Virus record (IMG/VR): IMGVR_UViG_3300035034_000734
Length of the DNA: 64,000 bases
Source: an uncultured virus (IMG/VR IMGVR_UViG_3300035034_000734)
Lineage: Duplodnaviria; Heunggongvirae; Uroviricota; Caudoviricetes
Strand: one strand, 5' to 3'
Shown in pieces: positions 48,343 to 56,829 of this stretch (its first letter is position 1; every line of letters begins with the position of its first letter). The notes under the pieces are model-generated. The model made no database searches. It had not been told where the DNA came from and saw only the letters and a list, made by a program, of their open reading frames with translations. Made by a program: the position numbers and the translations under genes.

Positions 48343-48864
48343 ATGCTGAATCGACCGATGCTACTTGACCTTTACGAGGCTTATGTTGATTTCCGGTCAC
48401 GGATGACTGAGATACTTCGTCGGGAAACGTTGATGCATCCGATGAACGTCGTTATTGACGACTTCTTTCAAATCGCGATACACCGAGCCTCCGACAGCGT
48501 CTCGTTCTTTGACGACGCTGGAACTCAGAAGAAACACTTGCACCCAGTGGGTATACATCGAATCATGGTGTCGACTCACATGCAAGACATCTTCTTTGAC
48601 GAGTTCACGGATTATGTATTTGAATGCAGTTACTTCGACAAAAACGCACTGGAAGACAGATTCATTCACCATCAAATTGCATCGTTGTGTGTACATGCTG
48701 TGGGTCAGATATTGCAATCCATCATGGCGGTGATCATTCAGACCAACGATGGTCGCATGTTCTTTCACCCAGACAACGCTACCCTTGACATGACGATGTC
48801 TGATCTGATCATTGACCCTATCCCAAATCGCCTGGATGTAAAAGTAACAGTGAGATTCGAATGA
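48343..48864 (+). CDS. hypothetical protein (array member 4)
   Basis: 173 aa, AGGT RBS. Confidence 0.65.
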   Translation: MLNRPMLLDLYEAYVDFRSRMTEILRRETLMHPMNVVIDDFFQIAIHRASDSVSFFDDAGTQKKHLHPVGIHRIMVSTHMQDIFFDEFTDYVFECSYFDKNALEDRFIHHQIASLCVHAVGQILQSIMAVIIQTNDGRMFFHPDNATLDMTMSDLIIDPIPNRLDVKVTVRFE

Positions 48865-49259
48865 GAGCTCATACCCCTATACGACGTATGATTCTGTCGA
48901 TGTACGAATCGTTGACGTTCCTGACGGAAGTGTGTCATTTAGAGCCACATCTGGCTCAGGAACTGATCGAGCTGGTGATTCTGTCGCAGTGGTCCACGAC
49001 CCGTATGAACGGGATCGAATGGATTCACCGGAACGGCCACGGATATACGACAGTGGATGAAGTTCTTGAAGACGCCTTAGAAGAGATGGCGTACACTGAA
49101 AATCTTCAAATACCCAGAGACCGTCTGCGCCACGCCGCGTTCGGTGTGTTGGTGGACCTGCCTGAACAGAAGAAGTACTGGGAAGAATTAAACGAACACG
49201 GCTCACTGGGTTGTCAGATTCACTGGCGGCGCTCTGACGTGTTAATTAAGTTTATGTGA
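48861..49259 (+). CDS. hypothetical protein (array member 5)
   Basis: 132 aa, ATGA coupling. Confidence 0.65.
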   Translation: MRAHTPIRRMILSMYESLTFLTEVCHLEPHLAQELIELVILSQWSTTRMNGIEWIHRNGHGYTTVDEVLEDALEEMAYTENLQIPRDRLRHAAFGVLVDLPEQKKYWEELNEHGSLGCQIHWRRSDVLIKFM

Positions 49260-49267
49260 GGTAATCT

Positions 49268-49651
49268 ATGCAAGGTACAATCATCTTGCCAACTGACCAC
49301 GTCATGCAGGAATTCCACAACATGGCTATGCGTATGCAGGCGTTGGACTTTGACGCGTATGAGTGCGTACGCATCGCTATGGATTCCTTGATCTTTGCTC
49401 AGAAGTATCCCCGCTCGTTTGAAACCGAGGTCTGTCTGACGTATGAGAACCGCGGCGTTCAAGACATGTCTATGGACGACATTAAAATTCTAAACGGGAT
49501 GATGCGACTTCTGTATGAGAGACTGTATTGCGCACTCTGCTCGATGAGACTCTACGATTCAACGGGAAGACTGACGCATCAGTACTTCGAACTGAATCAC
49601 GGAGACATCGTTGTTTCCGATCAAGCGTTTGATAACCAACCAACCTCCTAG
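49268..49651 (+). CDS. hypothetical protein (array member 6)
   Basis: 127 aa, GAGGT RBS. Confidence 0.65.
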   Translation: MQGTIILPTDHVMQEFHNMAMRMQALDFDAYECVRIAMDSLIFAQKYPRSFETEVCLTYENRGVQDMSMDDIKILNGMMRLLYERLYCALCSMRLYDSTGRLTHQYFELNHGDIVVSDQAFDNQPTS

Positions 49652-49661
49652 GGAGATCGGG

Positions 49662-50018
49662 ATGCAAATCATCCTAACTGTGTCGTCGATCAAACCCGTG
49701 GTCGACATGGTGGAAGTTGACTTAGGTCAAGATGTCCCCGTAGATCGTTGCTCGGTACTGAACCGGATCAATGGTATGATCAATGAAGCTTTTGACTGCT
49801 TCCATTCAAGCGACGATATGGTCGAGACGATTCAGAGAATGCTTGAAGACAACGAACTGGACGACGACGAGCTTTTGTTCGTGGCCCCGGAGGTGTATCT
49901 CTTTAAGTGTTTGCTGGAAGAACTCGAAATCCATCCACTTACTCAGCAGAAAAAATTAAGTCTGCGATACGTAAGCGTTGTTGGGGTGTTTGGCGATTTC
50001 ATGTTACACTACAAGTAA
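49662..50018 (+). CDS. hypothetical protein (array member 7)
   Basis: GGGAG RBS before ATG 49662. Confidence 0.65.
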   Translation: MQIILTVSSIKPVVDMVEVDLGQDVPVDRCSVLNRINGMINEAFDCFHSSDDMVETIQRMLEDNELDDDELLFVAPEVYLFKCLLEELEIHPLTQQKKLSLRYVSVVGVFGDFMLHYK

Positions 50019-50027
50019 GGAGCACCC

Positions 50028-50432
50028 ATGGCTACATCGGAACAATTCCAGATGGGCTCAGCCTACGACTTCATTACCTACGCTCCGTCGGTACTGGGAT
50101 CGTTTAAGAACGTGAGAGTCACCGGTATTGTTGATTACCGCGGCGCTCAACAGTACATCGACCCTGCGTCGTATCACGCGAACGTGTTCAGCACACTACC
50201 AGCGAACAGTGCGCCCGATGACCATACTCGTTACTACTATTTGGTGGTCGTCCAATCTAACGGGACACGCACCGCCGTTGCTCTGCCTTGGATCGATGGT
50301 GCCAGCGTGGCAATTCGTGAGCGAGGTCGGGCAACTGTGAGTCTTGAAGATGTCGGACCGGACGATCTGGATCGCCTCAGACGGTCGTTGGCACACAACG
50401 GCTTTGTCATCGGTTCGATCGAATTGAACTGA
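50028..50432 (+). CDS. conserved beta-rich protein upstream of the DNA polymerase (phiKZ gp49-like position)
   Basis: 134 aa, AAGGAG RBS; YAPSVLG, HANV and ALPWI motifs. Confidence 0.65.
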   Translation: MATSEQFQMGSAYDFITYAPSVLGSFKNVRVTGIVDYRGAQQYIDPASYHANVFSTLPANSAPDDHTRYYYLVVVQSNGTRTAVALPWIDGASVAIRERGRATVSLEDVGPDDLDRLRRSLAHNGFVIGSIELN

Positions 50433-50584
50433 TTTAAGTTTAATTACGAACACAACCGTACATGATATGCATCGAAAAGTTCGTGACTGGTTTTCTTGAG
50501 CGTTGGCCAGATCCACGACGTTAGCTCCGGGGGGCCGTTTTGGTCCCCCGTTTTTTTTTCGCATCGACATTAAGAGTCCCTATT

Positions 50585-51118
50585 ATGTTAACTCTCATCA
50601 TCGAGATGAACGACGTCATTGATGAGCTGTGTCTGAAGATCGATTCGATCCTTAAAGTCTCAGGTCTTGAGGTGGTCGACGATCTGACGAACGAACTCAT
50701 GCTTATTAGCTTGGACTTTGCGACCACAGTCTACGAGTACATCGACAGTAACCGCCCGTTGAACGCGATGCAAGTGACGGACCTGCGTCAAGCATGGCAT
50801 GACCAACGGTTTCATGAAACCTATCAAGGCGATTACTACACGGCTTTGATCGAGATGTGTAATGAGGAAAACGATGAACTCCGGCAATTGGCTCAGATTG
50901 GGGTTGACGTATTGGTTCAGTTGATGATTCGAACCACGGAGGTCATGTTAGCGCAGCCTGGGTGTCGTAACCTGATGCGGGAAATCGGGACTACCACCGA
51001 TTTTTCAACGGGCAAGGATCTTCCTCTATTAATGCCCAGTTTTACTCTGGCACCCAATTCTACCGATGTCATTGTCACAATCAAGTTAAACCCAGAACTC
51101 ACCCATGCGGCTGCTTAG
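50585..51118 (+). CDS. hypothetical protein (array-like member 8)
   Basis: ATG 50585 downstream of a terminator at ~50528-50559. Confidence 0.6.
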   Translation: MLTLIIEMNDVIDELCLKIDSILKVSGLEVVDDLTNELMLISLDFATTVYEYIDSNRPLNAMQVTDLRQAWHDQRFHETYQGDYYTALIEMCNEENDELRQLAQIGVDVLVQLMIRTTEVMLAQPGCRNLMREIGTTTDFSTGKDLPLLMPSFTLAPNSTDVIVTIKLNPELTHAAA

Positions 51119-51194
51119 GCCGCTTTATTTTTTGTCTAAGTTGTTTTTTTGGAAGCGACCACGTTATCGATATGCACACATCAGGAGGTGATAA

Positions 51195-53342
51195 ATGTCG
51201 TCTTTTTTCGTTAAACCCGTTGAAGAATACCACCGTACCCTTGACATTCAGTCAGCGTATTTGAAAGACATGGCTACTGGCTTGGCTCGCGTTACCGGGC
51301 GATCCTTCGACGCTTGTTTTGAGTACGTGAAACAGGTCACGAGCGCGGGTGGTAGGCTGGCGTACGAAGACCCACCTATGAAGTACGTAGGTCGGAAGTC
51401 TTCAGGGGATAGGGTCCTTAAGGTAACAACGTTCTTGAATTACATCAAGACTGTGGATCAACACCAATTGATTCTCGCTCCCTCAATGACGGTCTACCAG
51501 AACCCTAATGTAGAGAAGTCGGTGACGGCCATCTATATCGCTGAGAACATCAAGAAGCGATCGAAATCGAAGAAAGAAATGTTTGCTGCGAAAGAGGCTG
51601 GTAACAACTCCTTGCACGCGTTTAAGAAGAACGAACAACAGACGCACAAGATTAAGAACAACGCCTTGTCCGGTGCTCACTGTTCAGACTCAACGGTTTT
51701 GTACCTGGACACTATACACTCCAGTTTGACATCAACCTGCCGCAGCGCCGCCGGTTACGGCAACGCAAATAATGAAAAGGTCTTGTCGGGTAATCGACAC
51801 TACTGGTCGGCAGAGATTGTAATGGCCAATATTCTAGCGGTGACCAATCACGTCAACTTCGAAGAGTTTGCTCAAGCGATGCAGCAGTACGACCTGATCG
51901 CACCCTCAATCGATGAAACCATGGAATGCATTCAGTACAGTACAGATTTCTACTGGCGTGACCGAGGTAAGACGGATCAGATCCACCGCCTGGTTAGCGG
52001 TCTGTCTGACTTGGAAAGGGCGGCGTTTGTGTACACTGGCGATTTGTACCACCTGGCCAAACACAACCCCCAAGTGGTCCGGACGCTGCTTGAAGAAGTT
52101 GCGACCATCCCCGACGATACCGTTGAGAACTGTGAACAGTACGTTAAAGGACTGACGGATGAAATGGGGGCTATGGTGTCCTTGCTGTGTGGTAAGTTCA
52201 TGGGGGGTAAGAACATCTCGTCCTTCGACGATTTAACCAAAGAGACCCAGAACCTACTCGGAGCGACCGCTAAGCGTTTGACGGAAACGCTTGAACATTA
52301 CCGTCTGCTGATAAAGGTTTTGTTGGTTAGTGACGTTATGCCTGCGAGTATGGCCAATCTACCGAACATCATTCGACGTAACGCCATCACCTCCGATACC
52401 GACTCCACCATTTACACAGTACAAGACTGGTTGATCTGGTACGACGGTAAGATTTCATTTAACGAACAAGCCGTGAACATCGGTCATGCGGTGTCGTTTC
52501 TGTCATCGGCGTCAATCACTCACATCCTGGCGAAGATGTCGGCGAACATGGGTGTGGCTAAAGACCAATTACATCAGTACCAGATGAAGTCTGAGTTCTA
52601 CTTTCCAGTGTTCGCATTGACCTCACGAGCGAAGACGTACTTTGCGCACGTAGGAGCCCAAGAAGGGCAGGTCTTTACGGAACCGGATTTGGAAGTCAAG
52701 GGCGCGGTACTTAAAGGTTCGGCGTCGCCGAAGTTCGTGATGGACGACGCGGATGCTTTGGTGAACGAAATCCTTGAAACGGTTGCCAGCGAGAAGAAGA
52801 TTCAACTCACCCCGATTCTGGAGCGAGTGGCTAAAATTGAACAGACCATCATTGATTCGATCAAGCGCGGTGAGACGTTCTATTACAAACGAAGCGAAAT
52901 CAAGACCGCAGACTCTTACAAGTTAGGAGAGTCGAACAGTCCTTACATGCATTACTTGTTGTGGACCGACGTCTTTGCTGACAAGTATGGGGCGATTGAA
53001 TCCGTGCCGTATCGTGCTATTAAGGTATCGATCGATGCTGACTCTAAGACGGACTTCACTCGTTGGATTGATTCGTTTGACGATCCGGCCATTCGAGAAA
53101 AGCTTCTGATCTTCTTGAAGAAACACGGCAAAGATAAGTTAACCACAATCCAAGTTCCACAAGCCATTGCAGAAACCTCTGGCATCCCTCAGGAGATCGT
53201 TAACGGGGTTTCGTACCGTAAGGTGGTGTCTAACCTACTTGAACCACACTACGTGTTGCTGGAGACCTTAGGGTTCTACACAATCGACGACAACCAACTG
53301 CGATTGGTATCCGATAGCTACCTCCCAACCAAAGCGTCATAA
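51195..53342 (+). CDS. DNA polymerase, family-B-like polymerase portion (phiKZ gp50-like; split enzyme)
   Basis: Motif B KIKNNALSG, motif C ITSDTDST, AKTYF and LEVKG. No exonuclease motifs recognised. Confidence 0.85.
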   Translation: MSSFFVKPVEEYHRTLDIQSAYLKDMATGLARVTGRSFDACFEYVKQVTSAGGRLAYEDPPMKYVGRKSSGDRVLKVTTFLNYIKTVDQHQLILAPSMTVYQNPNVEKSVTAIYIAENIKKRSKSKKEMFAAKEAGNNSLHAFKKNEQQTHKIKNNALSGAHCSDSTVLYLDTIHSSLTSTCRSAAGYGNANNEKVLSGNRHYWSAEIVMANILAVTNHVNFEEFAQAMQQYDLIAPSIDETMECIQYSTDFYWRDRGKTDQIHRLVSGLSDLERAAFVYTGDLYHLAKHNPQVVRTLLEEVATIPDDTVENCEQYVKGLTDEMGAMVSLLCGKFMGGKNISSFDDLTKETQNLLGATAKRLTETLEHYRLLIKVLLVSDVMPASMANLPNIIRRNAITSDTDSTIYTVQDWLIWYDGKISFNEQAVNIGHAVSFLSSASITHILAKMSANMGVAKDQLHQYQMKSEFYFPVFALTSRAKTYFAHVGAQEGQVFTEPDLEVKGAVLKGSASPKFVMDDADALVNEILETVASEKKIQLTPILERVAKIEQTIIDSIKRGETFYYKRSEIKTADSYKLGESNSPYMHYLLWTDVFADKYGAIESVPYRAIKVSIDADSKTDFTRWIDSFDDPAIREKLLIFLKKHGKDKLTTIQVPQAIAETSGIPQEIVNGVSYRKVVSNLLEPHYVLLETLGFYTIDDNQLRLVSDSYLPTKAS

Positions 53343-53349
53343 ACAGCGT

Positions 53350-53385
53350 GCTAGGCTAAGCAGGGTCGCCCTTGCTTAGCCTAGC
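53350..53385. terminator. long inverted repeat between convergent genes
   Basis: GCTAGGCTAAGCA-GGG-TCG-CCCT-TGCTTAGCCTAGC, with a perfect 13-bp outer stem. Confidence 0.7.
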
Positions 53386-53391
53386 CGCGGT

Positions 53392-54480
53392 TCATAAGTA
53401 CGCCATCACTGCTCGATCAATGCGATCGAGTATTTCTTTTGCCCTGGCGCTGCCTACGGCGCTCTCAAACTCTCTGTCACGTTTCAATTCCCGATACCGC
53501 TTGCGCAGAATCGACGCTTCTTGCGTATTGCGTGAACTGCCTGCTTCAAAGTCAATCTGCACGATGAACTCAATGATCGGCAATGTCCACAAGGTCATCG
53601 CCCAAGCATTCTGCCGGGTAATGGCCACTTCGGGGATCTCTGACAGCCCCTGCATGTTTTCAAGTGCCACCAACTTAACCTGCTGCATCATCGTACCGTA
53701 CGTCATAGGTCGCTGAGTCAGGTAGGCGATCCGATCAACTAAGTAGTTATCGACCTTACGGTCGTAGTCGGTCAAGTACATCGGCCAACTACTATAGAAC
53801 GCCTCGGCCTCGTGTCCAGAAGACAGGGTCATGATGCGATTCAATAACGCCACGTCCAGATGAGACAGTAGGGCGTTGGCGAGAGGAAATTCAAACACGA
53901 ACTGCATGGGACTTCGAACAAACGCGACGTTGGCTCGCTTCTGAGCCAAGTACCACTCTCGGTATTGTAACGCCAGTTTAGGGAGGTCGATTTGGATGAC
54001 GGCCCACGATGGGTATTCGGTGTTTAATCGGCCGTCTAGTGGCTCTAAGGCGGTTGAGTTAAACGGATGCCGCAACACTTTGACCGGAAGCAGTTGTTTC
54101 CACGTCTCGTCAATTGTCAAGAGGTCTACGTCTTCTGACGCCGATAGCAATACCTCTTGAACGTTGTCGCCATAGAAGGTCTCGCGTTCAAACATCTTAC
54201 CGCTGGCCCCCGCAGTAGTCAGACCGTTGGCTCGCGCAAGGCGTTCTACCCGAGCGTCGACTTTTCGATGGTACTCAAACACAGGAAGTGTAGGGTCTAC
54301 GTTTAACCCAGTCAGTAACTTGACCAGCACATGGGCGCTGTCTACCGCATAACTGGCGCCCCGGCATTCGCGTAGGACGGCAGTAAGGTTCTTACGGAGA
54401 CCGCGTTTAACGTAACCATACTCGGGTGGAAGCGATACTCTTGCTTCTACCTCCAAGAGGTTGGTAAACAGCGTATACAT
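53392..54480 (-). CDS. conserved phiKZ-family protein (gp52-like position)
   Basis: 362 aa, antisense between the DNA polymerase and chmA, as in phiKZ. Confidence 0.65.
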   Translation of the reverse strand: MYTLFTNLLEVEARVSLPPEYGYVKRGLRKNLTAVLRECRGASYAVDSAHVLVKLLTGLNVDPTLPVFEYHRKVDARVERLARANGLTTAGASGKMFERETFYGDNVQEVLLSASEDVDLLTIDETWKQLLPVKVLRHPFNSTALEPLDGRLNTEYPSWAVIQIDLPKLALQYREWYLAQKRANVAFVRSPMQFVFEFPLANALLSHLDVALLNRIMTLSSGHEAEAFYSSWPMYLTDYDRKVDNYLVDRIAYLTQRPMTYGTMMQQVKLVALENMQGLSEIPEVAITRQNAWAMTLWTLPIIEFIVQIDFEAGSSRNTQEASILRKRYRELKRDREFESAVGSARAKEILDRIDRAVMAYL

Positions 54481-54550
54481 AGCAAGGTCTCATAGTTAAA
54501 AGAAAACGAAGAGGAGTTAGGTCATAGTATGCGAGTAAATCGCGTCCACC

Positions 54551-54779
54551 GTTCCCCAACGTTTCTAGAACGTTGGGGGACACCAGTTATACCCAGGGCG
54601 CTATGTAAAATCGCACGTAGACGCATCATTCATTGAGGATATGAAGGGAATCTATTATTTCTTACACAGCAGCATGACTGTATAGACACCATGCTGACCG
54701 AGCGCCTCGACGGAGGATTGCTCGGGACACCTCACAGTCTATTCGTTTTGAGTTTGCGAACGACTGGAGTTGGTGCGTT
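54551..54779 (+). ncRNA. structured non-coding element upstream of chmA
   Basis: Hairpin 54551-63/54569-81; closing helix 54620-28/54771-79 enclosing 54670-76/54690-96, 54698-704/54719-25 and 54735-39/54762-66. Confidence 0.45.
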
Positions 54780-54800
54780 AAAACCGTTGATCGTAGATTA

Positions 54801-54824
54801 TTTCAGACCTACATCATCCCTGTG
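54801..54824 (+). promoter_or_regulatory. putative early promoter of chmA
   Basis: TTTCA-gacc-TACATCAT-ccct-GTG. Confidence 0.65.
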
Positions 54825-54886
54825 CATAGCTCGTCGTAGAGCTGTGTTTGCGCAAACACAACCAAAGAAACGTAGGAGAATACTTC

Positions 54887-56752
54887 ATGGGAATTACACG
54901 TGATGACGAAGGAGCATCCCCAAGCCAAGGCCAGGCTCAGGAAGCACCTAACGCTCAACCACAACAGCCAGATCCTGGGTACCAGCAGCGGAATCAACCC
55001 CGCGGAAGATTGGGTATGAGCTCACTCGGGGATCGCATTCAGCGCCCGATGAAGCGTAACCAGATGGGTGAAGTGCTGGCCGAATATGGCCGTGCTGTTG
55101 ATCGTATCTTCGGCGATGCCATGGCTACCTACGGCACTGAGTTCAAGGTTCTGCCTCTGGACGCTGGCCGTCATGGCCTGCACTACTCAGCGATCATGTT
55201 GATTGGTCTGGTGAACGTAGGTGGCCGCAAGGTTGCTTCTACTTACACCATGATCCTGGAGGCTTCTGCTGCGGCCCCGCGCCCGACTGTGATGAACATG
55301 TACAACCAATCGGTTGAAGTGGTTCTGACCGCCATGGACGCCTGGGACGAAGCCACCTGGTCCAAGGTACAATCAGTTGTCAAGCAGAACTATGGCGACG
55401 GCGTTGAAGTGATGAATGCCGGTGCGATGGTCGTTCCGCAGGACGTCGACGTTAAAGACGAAGAACGCGTCTGGCAAGTTGTTTGGGCTGCTCAAGAAGC
55501 TGTTCTTTCCACTATGGAATCCAGTTTCCCAGAAGAGTTTGCTCACTTCAACCTGACCGAAGTCTTTGACGCCAGCCGTGACCGCATGAACGCATCGTTT
55601 GTGTACAACGGCCCAGACGGTGAGTCGGTGACTGGTATGCCAGTTCGTAGCGACATCACCCTGGTTATGTCAAGCTCTGAGCGCAGTGCGAACAACAGCA
55701 ATCAGGTCTCGTCGTTTCAGCACCAAACCGGAAAAGACCTCATTGAGGTTAACAGCTACGTGGATCTGGTGTACGCCCCGACCAATCAAGCTCCGGCTCC
55801 TGGTCAACAAACCCCGACACAGATCTTTGTGCCTCGGATAGTCCTCACCAAAATCTCCGCGTTGGACGCGCCCTTCACGCCGGAAATGTTCCTGCTGGGT
55901 CTGGCCACCAACGTACTGATCGGCGATAATTACGCCTGGGCCTCGCAGTTCGCGAATTTCGCTCAGGAAGAAATTCACGACATCGGAGGCATCGGGTATC
56001 GTCTGAGCAACCCTAACGACTCGAAATCCTCCCCGCAGCCTGTCGATACCAAGACTAACACCTTCGGTCAGAACGAACTGTTCGATCTGATTCAACACAC
56101 TTGCTGGAAGGACCCTGCGTTCTCCATCGATTGTGAAGATGTTGGACCTGAATCGTGGTTGACCGGTGCCTTGACCGACTCGGCTCATGGTAATCCGAAC
56201 TCCACGAACTTCTTGGTGGAGGCGGCCAACAATCTGACCAACGATCACTTCGGTAAAGCGTGGCAGGGTGGTCACATCACCGTTAACGAGAATAGCCGTA
56301 TCCACCTGGGTACCTATGTTGATGCCAAAGGCGTCACTCGTGACCTGCGTGAAATCGACAGCCTGGCGATCTTGAACCACTTCGGTCACAACGACATGAA
56401 TGCCGTCAATGCGTGGGAATCTACGTTTAACGACATGAATGCACCGATCGAGCTGCGTCTTGAGAAGCGTTTGCAGATGATCCGCAACCTCGCCGGTGGG
56501 AACCTGAAAGTCCGTGGCTTCGCTGAGCGTGTAACGTTCACGCCGGAGTTCATCGAGACACTGGTCGCTTCGGTTGTGCGCGCTGGTCTGATGGTTGATG
56601 AGAATGGCCTGCAGTCCATGTACGGCCAGAACTTCCAGGTTGGTAACAACTTCCTGAACCAGTACGCAGCGCATACAGGCGGTAGCGGTATGGTTAACAG
56701 CGGTGGCCCTCAGGGCAGTGCGATTTTCCGTCGCCCGATGTCTCGCTGGTGA
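54887..56752 (+). CDS. chmA: chimallin, major phage nuclear shell protein (phiKZ gp54-like)
   Basis: 621 aa; Gln/Pro/Ala-rich disordered N-terminus, Gly/Asn-rich C-tail, IHLGTY..RDLREID motif; diagnostic position between the DNA polymerase region and nvRNAP beta'; AGGAG RBS. Confidence 0.85.
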   Translation: MGITRDDEGASPSQGQAQEAPNAQPQQPDPGYQQRNQPRGRLGMSSLGDRIQRPMKRNQMGEVLAEYGRAVDRIFGDAMATYGTEFKVLPLDAGRHGLHYSAIMLIGLVNVGGRKVASTYTMILEASAAAPRPTVMNMYNQSVEVVLTAMDAWDEATWSKVQSVVKQNYGDGVEVMNAGAMVVPQDVDVKDEERVWQVVWAAQEAVLSTMESSFPEEFAHFNLTEVFDASRDRMNASFVYNGPDGESVTGMPVRSDITLVMSSSERSANNSNQVSSFQHQTGKDLIEVNSYVDLVYAPTNQAPAPGQQTPTQIFVPRIVLTKISALDAPFTPEMFLLGLATNVLIGDNYAWASQFANFAQEEIHDIGGIGYRLSNPNDSKSSPQPVDTKTNTFGQNELFDLIQHTCWKDPAFSIDCEDVGPESWLTGALTDSAHGNPNSTNFLVEAANNLTNDHFGKAWQGGHITVNENSRIHLGTYVDAKGVTRDLREIDSLAILNHFGHNDMNAVNAWESTFNDMNAPIELRLEKRLQMIRNLAGGNLKVRGFAERVTFTPEFIETLVASVVRAGLMVDENGLQSMYGQNFQVGNNFLNQYAAHTGGSGMVNSGGPQGSAIFRRPMSRW

Positions 56753-56773
56753 GTTTGGTTAAGTAGGCAACTC

Positions 56774-56803
56774 AAGGAGGAGCTTCGGCTCCTCCTTTTT
56801 TTC
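56774..56803 (+). terminator. intrinsic terminator after chmA
   Basis: AAGGAGGAGC-TTCG-GCTCCTCCTT followed by a T run. Confidence 0.85.
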
Positions 56804-56829
56804 TCAACGCGACAGAGGAGTCCCAGTCG

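Noticed and set aside
36835..53342. Inteins in the terminase or DNA polymerase
   Set aside because: No C...HN-(C/S/T) splice motifs were seen and the lengths need no insertion.
22301..56674. Long antisense ORFs such as 22301-23140, 28500-29087 and 55670-56674
   Set aside because: They shadow well-supported genes on the opposite strand and lack RBS and protein motifs; typical of codon-bias shadows.
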